Of a stretch of 64,000 nucleotides of DNA, positions 22,542 to 31,019 are shown one piece after another. The DNA is from Bacilli bacterium. Lineage in GTDB: Bacteria; Bacillota_I; Bacilli_A; RF39; UBA660. The stretch covers positions 23,161 to 87,160 of the forward strand of contig JAEDGC010000001.1 of the NCBI GenBank assembly GCA_016297695.1. Reading direction: 5' to 3'. Numbering within the stretch: the first letter of the stretch is position 1; each line of letters begins with the position of its first letter. The notes below the pieces were generated by a model. The model was not told where the DNA came from, ran no database searches, and saw only the letters and a list, made by a program, of their open reading frames with translations. The position numbers and the translations under genes are program-made.

Positions 22542-23006
22542 TTACTCCTTATCATCTAAATGGTACTCAATAGGAATTAAAATAGTTGTTCTTTCACATA
22601 ACCAAGGTTTATTTTCAGTACCAAAATCTCCATATTCATTTAAGATAACTGGGTTTCCATAAATATATGAACATATTTTATTGCTGTTAGGTTCTCCTAT
22701 GGCTTTGTTATATGTTGCGGCAGTATATATAGAGTTAATTAACTTTTGGACGCCTAGTGAGATATGCAATAATGTGCCATCGTGTATAAATTGGGCTGAA
22801 GTAAAATATTGAAAATTAGCATCTGTATTATACTTAACATTCAAGAGAATATTATCATTATCAACTTGATATTCTCCATCTGGAATGAGAGGAATACATA
22901 AAGACTCATAACTAAACTCTTTAGCCTTTGTCCAATCTAACTGACTATACCTAGAAAATTTTAAATCAGATGCTCGTTTTATACAAAAGTCATAAGATTT
23001 ACTCAA
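22542..23006 (-). CDS. hypothetical protein
   Basis: 154 aa. TTG start after GGAAAGGA. Confidence 0.5.
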   Translation of the reverse strand: MSKSYDFCIKRASDLKFSRYSQLDWTKAKEFSYESLCIPLIPDGEYQVDNDNILLNVKYNTDANFQYFTSAQFIHDGTLLHISLGVQKLINSIYTAATYNKAIGEPNSNKICSYIYGNPVILNEYGDFGTENKPWLCERTTILIPIEYHLDDKE

Positions 23007-23105
23007 AATAAAATTTCCTTTCCCATATATATTAACAAACCTATTACAAAAAGAATAGATGCCGCAATAGCAATTAAGCTAAAAATAATAAAAATTGATA
23101 TTATC

Positions 23106-23306
23106 TTATTCTTCATCGTCATCCTCTGTTCCATTAACAAAAGCATTAAAAAGCTCTATAAATTTTTCATCTTCAAGATAAAATCCATCTTTACCAATGG
23201 CTTCTTGAAAATTCACCAATAACTGCATAAACCGCCAATCTGGAACTGTTTTCCAAATCTCAGCGATTTTTGCGCAAATTACATCAATACGGTTAATATC
23301 TCTCAT
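23106..23306 (-). CDS. hypothetical acidic protein
   Basis: 66 aa with an AAGGAG RBS. Confidence 0.5.
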   Translation of the reverse strand: MRDINRIDVICAKIAEIWKTVPDWRFMQLLVNFQEAIGKDGFYLEDEKFIELFNAFVNGTEDDDEE

Positions 23307-23328
23307 ACTTAATTCTCCTTTTCTTATC

Positions 23329-23364
23329 TTCTATAAATATTATAACAAAAATTTTTTAAAAAAT
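23329..23364 (-). promoter_or_regulatory. class-2 promoter, copy 8
   Basis: Conserved box upstream of 23306. Confidence 0.55.
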
Positions 23365-23373
23365 AAAGAAGAT

Positions 23374-23625
23374 TTAAAAATCTTCTTTAAGTTTATTTAC
23401 ATAAAATTCAAACTGATTAATTAAGTCTATCCCATATTGACCGGATGTTTTCTTTAATTCATCAAAAAATTCAATCAATCTATCATAATTGACATATATC
23501 ATTGTAACTAGTTCATATTTAGTACATAAATCAGGCTTTTTTGATACTGGACAATCACAACCAAGATACTCTAAAACTCTTGAGCAAGTGCTATTAAGAT
23601 TCCATTTGCATTGGTCTACTTCCAT
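23374..23625 (-). CDS. hypothetical protein
   Basis: 83 aa with a GGAGG RBS. Confidence 0.5.
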   Translation of the reverse strand: MEVDQCKWNLNSTCSRVLEYLGCDCPVSKKPDLCTKYELVTMIYVNYDRLIEFFDELKKTSGQYGIDLINQFEFYVNKLKEDF

Positions 23626-23626
23626 T

Positions 23627-23782
23627 TTACTCTTCCTCCGTAAGACCCAAACTAACTAAAGCATTATAATCTATTTTAAAAAATTTACAGACATAAGGGT
23701 ATTCTATTATTGGACAAAAGTCAGCACAATAAGGGGATTTATCATTACAACATATTCCTTCTATTTCATAATCACATCTCAT
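23627..23782 (-). CDS. 51-aa Cys-rich protein
   Basis: Hand-verified MRCDYEIEGICCNDKSPYCADFCPIIEYPYVCKFF... Confidence 0.4.
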   Translation of the reverse strand: MRCDYEIEGICCNDKSPYCADFCPIIEYPYVCKFFKIDYNALVSLGLTEEE

Positions 23783-23797
23783 ATTAATTTTTCTCCT

Positions 23798-23983
23798 TTA
23801 TTCAAATATTTTATAACTTGGAACATTTTTAAGGATATACTCTAAATCTGATGTACTTATTGTATTAATAGATAAACCAAAATCTTCGAGTAATTCTTTT
23901 ACATATACTACTTCTGCGGCTTCCGCAGCTTTCTTTACTCTATCTAACTTTGAATAATGGTCTAAGAACATCGCAGTAAACAT
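23798..23983 (-). CDS. hypothetical protein
   Basis: 61 aa with an AAGGAG RBS. Confidence 0.5.
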   Translation of the reverse strand: MFTAMFLDHYSKLDRVKKAAEAAEVVYVKELLEDFGLSINTISTSDLEYILKNVPSYKIFE

Positions 23984-24018
23984 TGTATTCTCCTTTTGTT
24001 TTTTATTACTCTTTATCT

Positions 24019-24054
24019 TTCTATATATATTATATCAAAAATTTTCAAAAAAAT
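24019..24054 (-). promoter_or_regulatory. class-2 promoter, copy 9 (variant)
   Basis: TTTTTTGAAAATTTTTGATATAATATATATAGAA. Confidence 0.5.
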
Positions 24055-24066
24055 AAAAGGAGATAA

Positions 24067-24741
24067 TTAATCTCCTTTTACATTCTCTGTAAAGTATTGT
24101 ATTTCATATCCTATGTTTTCAACATAAGGCGCCCACACTTCATCCGCATAATGTAGACCAATAGTATGAATAGATGTGCTTGTATGATAATTTCCATTGT
24201 GGTCATACCAAGGTTCCTCATACCACGTACCATCTTCCGCAATATATCCCTTAAGTATTAAATGTATAAAATCTTCTATACTTGCTTCATAAGAATTATA
24301 GTCTACAAAAGCATAGCTATTTTCTTGTCTGATATTAAAACAGTTATAGTTTCCTCGTGTAAATTGACCTGCGCCAGTTTCTGTTCTAGCGACACTTAAT
24401 AAGAAAATTAAATTAATTTCTTTATCTTTTGATAGCAAAAAATCTTCTAAGCCAACCCAATATTTACAATAGATAGAAAGATATTTAGATAATTCAGCTT
24501 TTGTTAAATTAGAAGGTTTAGTAATATCATAGGGGTCAAAATCAAAACCTTGTAAATTTAGTTTTTCTTCAATAGAGATAAGTCTATATGGAGGGATTTT
24601 ATATAAAGTTGGGGCAATAGACGAATCTTCTATTGATATATGAATAACATTACTTTTTATATCTTTCTCTTGATAATTAAGTAAATTTAAAGATAGAAAC
24701 AAATTTACAAAAGTAAAGAAATATATAAGTTTTTTTATCAT
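24067..24741 (-). CDS. secreted/anchored glucosaminidase-domain cell-wall hydrolase
   Basis: N-terminal hydrophobic segment. ...LLSVARTETGAGQF...NCFNIR...SYEASIEDF resembles the LytD/FlgJ glucosaminidase domain. Confidence 0.5.
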   Translation of the reverse strand: MIKKLIYFFTFVNLFLSLNLLNYQEKDIKSNVIHISIEDSSIAPTLYKIPPYRLISIEEKLNLQGFDFDPYDITKPSNLTKAELSKYLSIYCKYWVGLEDFLLSKDKEINLIFLLSVARTETGAGQFTRGNYNCFNIRQENSYAFVDYNSYEASIEDFIHLILKGYIAEDGTWYEEPWYDHNGNYHTSTSIHTIGLHYADEVWAPYVENIGYEIQYFTENVKGD

Positions 24742-25019
24742 AAATTAAGTGCAGCAAGCATTTCAGCTACCGTTCTCTTCTCCTTTGGTGTGATTTCAAC
24801 AGTATAATCCTCTGTGGCTGTTGCGGCGGCTACTGGTTTTTCTACTGTTTCATTTACAATATTTTCCTTTGCCGCAGTTAGACTTACTTTAATTTGTATT
24901 TCTTCGCCATTTTCATTTCCACAAATTCTTATTTCTTTGCCATTTACAAAGCTATTCGGAAATACTTCCAATATCTTGCTCACTATCTGGTTCTTCAGTT
25001 CTTGTCCTCTCGCTGCCAT
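24738..25019 (-). CDS. hypothetical protein
   Basis: 93 aa with a GGAGG RBS. Confidence 0.5.
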   Translation of the reverse strand: MAARGQELKNQIVSKILEVFPNSFVNGKEIRICGNENGEEIQIKVSLTAAKENIVNETVEKPVAAATATEDYTVEITPKEKRTVAEMLAALNL

Positions 25020-25764
25020 TCTTAACCTCCGCTATTTTATTTGCTATACTTATCATACTCTTGCATAAATTACATTGTCTTCCGCACATACAAGCATAAT
25101 GACACTGTAGGCGTAACTCACCAAAATTTGTTGGAATAAAAGGGTTCGCCGCATCTATATTAGGTATAATAATATTCAAGTTTGCTATCCACTCTTTTGT
25201 TTCAAAATATATATCAAATAATGTATCTTGCATATCTGGTCTATCATATGGAAATGCAAATTCTATAATATCAATATATGGTTCATATATTTCAATATCT
25301 TCTGGTCTAATATAAAAAGACCTTTCATCAGCCGCTGGTATATTGGGGATAACTCTTATAAGAATATCTTCTCCGCATACTTTTCTAACCGCAGGTAAAT
25401 CAAAACAAAGATCTTCTCCTATGTATATACTATAGGGATTTAGTTCTTTAATCCTATTTAGAGAAGTCCAGTTTGTAGCAATAGTATGAAAATAATAATC
25501 AATATTTAGCTTTTTAGCCTTTTCTATTAATATATCTATATTATAACTATCTAAGCTAAATAAAAAAGTTAAATTATCAGTTACTAAATCATTAGATATA
25601 AACATATCAAATTGTTCTATTGATTCAATAGGAACAATAACTCTTTGGCGGCTGTGTAAATCTAAAAAAGCCCGCCACTGGTCTGTTTCTTTATAATTAA
25701 TTATTAGTTCATCTGCTTCATAATTATATTTACTATTGCGGAAAAATCTTAAACACTTCTTCAT
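24952..25764 (-). CDS. hypothetical protein with C-terminal Cys cluster
   Basis: About 270 aa. CHYACMCGRQCNLC. The start is uncertain (ATG 25764, weak RBS). Overlaps the next gene by 68 nt. Confidence 0.4.
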   Translation of the reverse strand: MKKCLRFFRNSKYNYEADELIINYKETDQWRAFLDLHSRQRVIVPIESIEQFDMFISNDLVTDNLTFLFSLDSYNIDILIEKAKKLNIDYYFHTIATNWTSLNRIKELNPYSIYIGEDLCFDLPAVRKVCGEDILIRVIPNIPAADERSFYIRPEDIEIYEPYIDIIEFAFPYDRPDMQDTLFDIYFETKEWIANLNIIIPNIDAANPFIPTNFGELRLQCHYACMCGRQCNLCKSMISIANKIAEVKNGSERTRTEEPDSEQDIGSISE

Positions 25765-25780
25765 AAAGCAAAGAGGAAGC

Positions 25781-26203
25781 TTACGCTTCCTCACCTCCAG
25801 AAACAATTGCGATATATGCCATTCTGCGGCTCTTTGCTTCTCCTACGCGGACTTCATCCTTAACTACTCTACCAGCCTTAACAAGATTAGAAAGACGAGC
25901 TATAATCTTCTGCTTACTAAGACCTTCAATATCAAGAGCTTCAAGAATACTATCCGCAGTCATCTCTCTATCAGCTTCAGCAAGGATATTATAAATCTTT
26001 TCCTGAAGTTCATCTCCTGCAACCTTCTTTTCAGCAGCCTTTTCTCTTGCCTTGTCAGCCTTTCTGTCAAGAATCTCTATCTGCTTGTCGCACCATTCAA
26101 TAAGTTCTGCGTCGCTGGGATCGGTTTCATCTACATCATCACCAGTTAAAAGAGCCTTGATTGTAATAAACATATCCTTGTTTGTAAATTTCTTATCACT
26201 CAT
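25781..26203 (-). CDS. winged-helix-like protein, paralog 1 of 3
   Basis: 140 aa. The C-terminal half aligns with 33128..33493 and 38508..38894 (...ILE.L......S.....L..LVKAG.V.K...). Confidence 0.5.
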   Translation of the reverse strand: MSDKKFTNKDMFITIKALLTGDDVDETDPSDAELIEWCDKQIEILDRKADKAREKAAEKKVAGDELQEKIYNILAEADREMTADSILEALDIEGLSKQKIIARLSNLVKAGRVVKDEVRVGEAKSRRMAYIAIVSGGEEA

Positions 26204-26235
26204 TGTACATTCTCCTTTTAAAATCTCATTTTTTA

Positions 26236-26274
26236 TTGTATATACATTATATCAAAAATTTTTATTTTTGTCAA
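26236..26274 (-). promoter_or_regulatory. class-2 promoter, copy 10 (with TTGACA -35)
   Basis: TTGACA-AAAATAAAAATTTTTGA-TATAAT. Confidence 0.6.
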
Positions 26275-26282
26275 ATGCGTTC

Positions 26283-26420
26283 TTAACGCTTATTTTTTAT
26301 TGGCATAGTATATCCGCATCTCTTACAGATATATAATGTTTGTTCTGGTTCAACCGCCAAAACCTTAAAATTATGCCCTAGTTTTGAGCATAGCCAGTTT
26401 TTAAAGGTTTTCATCATCAT
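26283..26420 (-). CDS. 45-aa zinc-ribbon protein
   Basis: MMMKTFKNW...CKRCGYTMP with a GGAGGAG RBS. Overlaps the upstream ORF by 20 nt. Confidence 0.4.
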   Translation of the reverse strand: MMMKTFKNWLCSKLGHNFKVLAVEPEQTLYICKRCGYTMPIKNKR

Positions 26421-26574
26421 ATAACTCCTCCTCTGCGTTATAGTAATCTTCAATCTCATCATTAATAAATGAAATAGGAGTGTCCAAAAGAATAAGTTCA
26501 TTAATAAAACTTAACTCTCCACTAAAGTGAGTTCCATAATTAGTACCTTTAGGTTCTACATAAAACTTTCCCAT
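26401..26574 (-). CDS. 57-aa acidic protein
   Basis: MGKFYVEPKGTNYG... with an AAGGAGG RBS. Hand-verified. Confidence 0.45.
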   Translation of the reverse strand: MGKFYVEPKGTNYGTHFSGELSFINELILLDTPISFINDEIEDYYNAEEELYDDENL

Positions 26575-26584
26575 AATTACCTCC

Positions 26585-27313
26585 TTAAAGATATGACTGC
26601 GTACTATAATACTCTTCTGAACTATCAGAATATGAAGATGGATATGAATATTCATTAAAGCCAGCATAATCAATTATAACTGGCTTATTTTTATAGTATC
26701 CTATATTTGCGGAGTGCAAATCAGTAATGTTATTTTTTATAAATGATAATAAATCAACAACAAGATGTGTTGGATAAGCTAAAATAACATCATAAACCCA
26801 CTCTAAAGGCAAACGATATTTAAATTCAGACGGGACCTTATGCTGTTTATAAAAGTTATTAGTTGTAGTTTCAACTTTTTCATGATCATATTTCATTATT
26901 CCTTTGCAAGCAAAAATATCTCCAATAGGCTGTTTGTATATAGGGTACCCATTTATTTTACCTATTTCATAAATTGGTAAAAAGCAAGCCTCAATACCTT
27001 TTACTTTTGCGAGTTTATACAGTGCTTCTTCAACAGCACAATAGTCCCAATGATTAACTGCGTTAATTGCTCCTGTAAAATCCATTAACCAATTATCTTC
27101 ATCATTGGTATTGAAAGGCACTTTAATTACAAAGTCAGCATCCTTTAAGAATATTACTCCTTTTGAACAACCCTCTGACAAGCTTGAACAATAAGGTTTA
27201 ATTTTCTCATATACTATTTTAGTCCAATTCCAAGTGCTGAGTTTTATATCCTTATGCAACTCAGTCTTATTGAAAATAGATAAGATTTCTTTATCGGTAT
27301 AAACTCTACTCAT
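26585..27313 (-). CDS. protein-kinase-like fold protein, paralog A
   Basis: 242 aa. GCSKGVIFLKDADFVIKVP (Gly-loop/Lys) and DLHSANIGYYKNKPVIIDYAGF (HxD..N plus DFG-like). Confidence 0.5.
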   Translation of the reverse strand: MSRVYTDKEILSIFNKTELHKDIKLSTWNWTKIVYEKIKPYCSSLSEGCSKGVIFLKDADFVIKVPFNTNDEDNWLMDFTGAINAVNHWDYCAVEEALYKLAKVKGIEACFLPIYEIGKINGYPIYKQPIGDIFACKGIMKYDHEKVETTTNNFYKQHKVPSEFKYRLPLEWVYDVILAYPTHLVVDLLSFIKNNITDLHSANIGYYKNKPVIIDYAGFNEYSYPSSYSDSSEEYYSTQSYL

Positions 27314-27333
27314 TTTTTTAACCCCTTTTCTTT

Positions 27334-27369
27334 TTCTATAAATATTATAACAAAAATTTTTTAAAAAAT
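27334..27369 (-). promoter_or_regulatory. class-2 promoter, copy 11
   Basis: Conserved box upstream of 27313. Confidence 0.55.
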
Positions 27370-27431
27370 GAAGCAGAAGTTATAAGTTCTATAAAGTTTC
27401 AATAGCAAAAATAGTAAAATTTTCCAGCCGC

Positions 27432-27794
27432 CTATACATAATAAAGTTCACTTTCATTATCAATAGTATCAATATCTACTATTACTGGGTTATCACATTC
27501 AAATATTTTAGTATATCCATTTACAATAAATTCATTTCCCGCCAATTTAGATTCAATTTCATCGTAGAAGATGTTAAAAGCATCTTCCGCATCTATAGCT
27601 CTTATAAAACAATTTCTTCTTTCCCACTTTTCGCCATCGTCTATTATATATTTAATATTAAAAACTCTATCTCTGGATGCCAATAGTTCAAAACAGCTAT
27701 ATGCGTCTAACATTTCTTTAGAAAATAATGATTTTACAATACAATCTTCGCAAAGATGTGTTTGACAGTAATCAGTAGCTGCTTCTATATTCAT
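27432..27794 (-). CDS. hypothetical protein
   Basis: 120 aa. ATG overlaps the upstream stop. Confidence 0.5.
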   Translation of the reverse strand: MNIEAATDYCQTHLCEDCIVKSLFSKEMLDAYSCFELLASRDRVFNIKYIIDDGEKWERRNCFIRAIDAEDAFNIFYDEIESKLAGNEFIVNGYTKIFECDNPVIVDIDTIDNESELYYV

Positions 27795-28372
27795 ACCTCA
27801 TATCCTCCATAATCTATAAAAACTGGTTCTTTTTCTGCGGTATATCCTATATTACAAGAATGTAGGTCATTAATATTGTTATTATTAATAAAAGTAATAA
27901 GCTGTTCCAAGAGTGAAACATCATAAGTTATGTAAAATTCTTCAAAAAGAGTGTTTTCACATAAACCATTCCAATCATCACAATAGCCAAGTAATTCTGA
28001 TGCGGCTGGTGATAAATCCACTGTTTCATCTTTACCTATCGGTGGCGTAATTAATTTAGGTTGTGCATATATCTCTACTCCGTTAATTACATCATATAAA
28101 ACTGTTTTAGCAAAGAAGCGCTCTAAACCTGCCTCCTCCGCCTCCACATATATTTCTTCTTCTCTCTTGCAAGAGTCAGTATCTAATTCTATTTTAAATA
28201 CATAATCATTATCTGGAAATATAAAAACTCCTTTGGTGGCTCCATTCGTTAATTCCACTTCTTTACTATCCGCCATTTTATCTGCAAATTCATACCAACC
28301 AAGACTATCATCACTAAAATTTAGACAATAGTCAGCTATAATATTTAATTGCTTTTCTGTTAATGAAATCAT
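27791..28372 (-). CDS. protein-kinase-like fold protein, paralog B
   Basis: 193 aa. GATKGVFIFPDNDYVFKIE and DLHSCNIGYTAEKEPVFIDYGGY. Confidence 0.5.
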   Translation of the reverse strand: MISLTEKQLNIIADYCLNFSDDSLGWYEFADKMADSKEVELTNGATKGVFIFPDNDYVFKIELDTDSCKREEEIYVEAEEAGLERFFAKTVLYDVINGVEIYAQPKLITPPIGKDETVDLSPAASELLGYCDDWNGLCENTLFEEFYITYDVSLLEQLITFINNNNINDLHSCNIGYTAEKEPVFIDYGGYEV

Positions 28373-28421
28373 AGCAACCTCCGCATAAAAAATACCATTT
28401 AATTTAGGTACTTTATTTATT

Positions 28422-28457
28422 TTCTATAATAATTATAACAAATTTTTTATAAAAAAT
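28422..28457 (-). promoter_or_regulatory. class-2 promoter, copy 12 (variant)
   Basis: TTTTTTATAAAAAATTTGTTATAATTATTATAGAA. Confidence 0.5.
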
Positions 28458-28491
28458 AAATAAGTTCGCTAAACTAAATGGCGCTCTTTAT

Positions 28492-28833
28492 TTAGAGTAA
28501 GAAAAATAAATCACTTAAATCAATAGCTGAAGATGTTCTATACTTCTTCTTTGTGGGACTATTGATATATACATCAGTAAGATATTCCTTTAAATCTTGT
28601 GTATCTATATTAGGGTCAAGAGTAAGAAAACACTTAACTATTGTACCTATTGCTTTTGCCTTTTTCTCATTTTCTGCGGCAATTGCTTTTGCTCTCTCTT
28701 CTTCGGCTTTCTTTTTGTTATAAGCCTCCGCCTTTTCCTTCGCAATCTTATTCAGGGCTTCATCAATCTCCTTATCAACTTCCGCCCTAACCGCATCTAC
28801 ACTTTTAGTTTTTAACTCATTATAAAAATTCAT
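28492..28833 (-). CDS. K/E/A-rich coiled-coil protein
   Basis: ATG 28833 after AAAGGAG. 113 aa. Confidence 0.45.
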   Translation of the reverse strand: MNFYNELKTKSVDAVRAEVDKEIDEALNKIAKEKAEAYNKKKAEEERAKAIAAENEKKAKAIGTIVKCFLTLDPNIDTQDLKEYLTDVYINSPTKKKYRTSSAIDLSDLFFLL

Positions 28834-28880
28834 ATAAAAATTGCTCCTTTTGTTTGGTTTATTTATTCGAGAAAATGCGA

Positions 28881-29240
28881 TTACTCGCATACTTCTACAT
28901 AATAAGTATTTGTTTCTGTTGTGCTTCTATCCGCATAAAAATTATTAACTTGTTTAATAAGTTCCTTGAAGTTCTTTAAAGCAGTTTCCGCACTTTGTTT
29001 ATTATTATACGCATAGTGAAAAGTGGTATTATTTTCAGATTGATTTTTTCCTCTTAAATGTAATATATCATCATATAACATAGGTCTACTAAATATACAT
29101 AGACGATATAAATTATTATCTTCCAGTATATCATATTTATTAACTTTTTCTATTAATCTATCATCTTGCTGTAAAATCTTGCCGCATAGTATGTTTTCAT
29201 ATAAGCAAAATTCTACTTTTAAAAGGATATAATTTTTCAT
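28881..29240 (-). CDS. hypothetical protein
   Basis: ATG 29240 after AAAGGAG. 119 aa. Confidence 0.45.
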   Translation of the reverse strand: MKNYILLKVEFCLYENILCGKILQQDDRLIEKVNKYDILEDNNLYRLCIFSRPMLYDDILHLRGKNQSENNTTFHYAYNNKQSAETALKNFKELIKQVNNFYADRSTTETNTYYVEVCE

Positions 29241-29306
29241 AAATATTAACTCCTTTTGTTTTGTCATCTTCTCTTTATTTTAGAGGAGATTTATAATCTC
29301 CTCTTT

Positions 29307-29340
29307 TTCTATATATATTATAACAAAAATTTTTAAAAAA
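29307..29340 (-). promoter_or_regulatory. class-2 promoter, copy 13
   Basis: TTTTTTTAAAAATTTTTGTTATAATATATATAGAA. Confidence 0.55.
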
Positions 29341-29543
29341 AGCAAAAAGAACAAGAGTCTTTAACAGTAACAATGCATTGACTTTCGCAAGAAAGGCAAT
29401 GCAAAGGGGCAAAAAGGAGAATTATACTCAAGTAATTTCTCTGAAAGAGAAATTTCTTAGATGTATTGTTCGACGCATTTGCGCCTCTCTTTTTCTTTGG
29501 TCAAGATAATAAAATATATAAATAATAATTTTAAATAATATAT

Positions 29544-29584
29544 GGAATAAGTATTAGTCATTCCAAATTTTCAATACTTATTCC
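29544..29584. repeat. 12-bp perfect inverted repeat plus extra half-sites (operator-like)
   Basis: GGAATAAGTATT (29544-29555) and AATACTTATTCC (29573-29584). Additional TTGGAATAA/TTATTCCAA half-sites up to 29635, just upstream of ORF 29666. Confidence 0.6.
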
Positions 29585-29665
29585 AATTTTCATCATCCCT
29601 ATATTATATATAGGAATGATCGATTTTGGAATAACTCTTAGATTTGATGGAAGGAGGAAAGCGCA

Positions 29666-30361
29666 ATGATATTAGAAGCTGGAAAAATATATAACGCCGC
29701 TCAGTTAGCAGAATGGTTTAGAATTAAACCTAAAAGTTTTTCTAATAATAAAATTAAAAAGCTAAAAGAATTAGAAGAATATTGTAAATTTAATGATTTA
29801 GGTAGAAAAGGAGTAGAAGTAATAGAAGTTTATATAGAAGAATATAAGACTGCCGCAAAAGAAAAAGTTGCTAAATCATTTGAAGACTGTTGGGGTAATT
29901 CACACGGTGAAAAACTTGATACTGGAAAAAATGTTGCAAGAAAGATTAAACAAAAATATAATTTAGACACAAAAGAACAAACTTTAAGTAGTTATGTAAA
30001 TTTAGAAAGAAAAAAACAATATGGGAAAATTAACACTATAAAACATACTAATCCTCAAGGTGAAAAAGGTTCTTGTAAGTATGTATTTTGTAAAAAAGTA
30101 GGAAATGAGTTTTTACCCTTCACCGCCGCAGAATTAGAAATTAAAAAAGAATTATATAAAAAATATAAGTTTGATGAAGAAACAGAAGAATATGCAATTT
30201 GGAAAGAAGCTTATTTAGATGGAGATATAAGTGAACAAGATTGGATTGACTTTTGTAAAAATTATCAGTCTGATAAATGGGCTAATTTTAAGGCGGAGTT
30301 GAGTAAAGAATTAAAATGTATTTGTACTTATGCTACTTTATTAGAATTAAAACAAAATTAA
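29666..30361 (+). CDS. hypothetical protein, paralog of 31020..31736 (possible DNA-binding/replication-control)
   Basis: 231 aa with a GGAGG RBS. N-terminus ...AAQLAEWFRIKPKSFSNNKIKKLKELEEY aligns with ...LSEIAEWFGIKVTSFNAAKEKKLEELKEF. Confidence 0.5.
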   Translation: MILEAGKIYNAAQLAEWFRIKPKSFSNNKIKKLKELEEYCKFNDLGRKGVEVIEVYIEEYKTAAKEKVAKSFEDCWGNSHGEKLDTGKNVARKIKQKYNLDTKEQTLSSYVNLERKKQYGKINTIKHTNPQGEKGSCKYVFCKKVGNEFLPFTAAELEIKKELYKKYKFDEETEEYAIWKEAYLDGDISEQDWIDFCKNYQSDKWANFKAELSKELKCICTYATLLELKQN

Positions 30362-30370
30362 TATTAAAGG

Positions 30371-30416
30371 TATATATTATATAAATAATATATACCTTTA
30401 TTTTTTTTTATGATGT
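30371..30416 (+). terminator. terminator after 29666..30361
   Basis: AAAGGTATATATTAT...ATAATATATACCTTT hairpin followed by a T-run. Confidence 0.65.
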
Positions 30417-30484
30417 GTTATATCTTCTAATTTTATTCTATTCTTATTTTCTTTTGTTTTCTTGCCTTCTCTTATTTTCTTATC

Positions 30485-30518
30485 TTTTGATTTTTGATTT
30501 TTGATTTTTGATTTTTGA
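30485..30518. repeat. heptamer tandem repeat (GATTTTT, 4 full copies plus a partial fifth)
   Basis: ttttGATTTTTGATTTTTGATTTTTGATTTTTGAgg, preceded by an about 60-nt polypyrimidine tract. Confidence 0.8.
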
Positions 30519-30621
30519 GGAAAGTGAGGTGGCCCAATCTACACCTTCTTCCACAACACTTGAGTTGATTTCTTCGTTTTGTCGTTTATTGTTTATTAAG
30601 AGGTATATATCTCTATGGAGT

Positions 30622-30696
30622 TTCTGAAAAATAATAAGTTTTTTTTTCATCTCATATATATAAGTCAGTGAAAAAAAAACTTATTATTTTTCAGAA
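30622..30696. repeat. perfect 26-bp inverted repeat with 23-nt spacer
   Basis: TTCTGAAAAATAATAAGTTTTTTTTT ... AAAAAAAAACTTATTATTTTTCAGAA. Confidence 0.85.
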
Positions 30697-31019
30697 GATA
30701 TACATTTCTGTATATCTACTTACAACATTACTACTTTTGTTATTTTTAAATATACATAAGATTGATGTAATTTACAAATGTTTATATAATATATTATATT
30801 CTCTATTAAAAAGCAATGGTGTGTTGATAAAATTATTACTTTAGTAAATATTATTAAAATTAAATTATAATATATTAACTATTTTTAAGAAAAAAGTAAA
30901 ATTTATTAATTTGAAAAATTTTTCAGAATTTTTGGACAATATAGGAAAATGTAACTAAATATATTTTTAATATATAATGTCGAAGGACAAAATATATTAT
31001 ATTAAAAGGAGAAAGGAAA

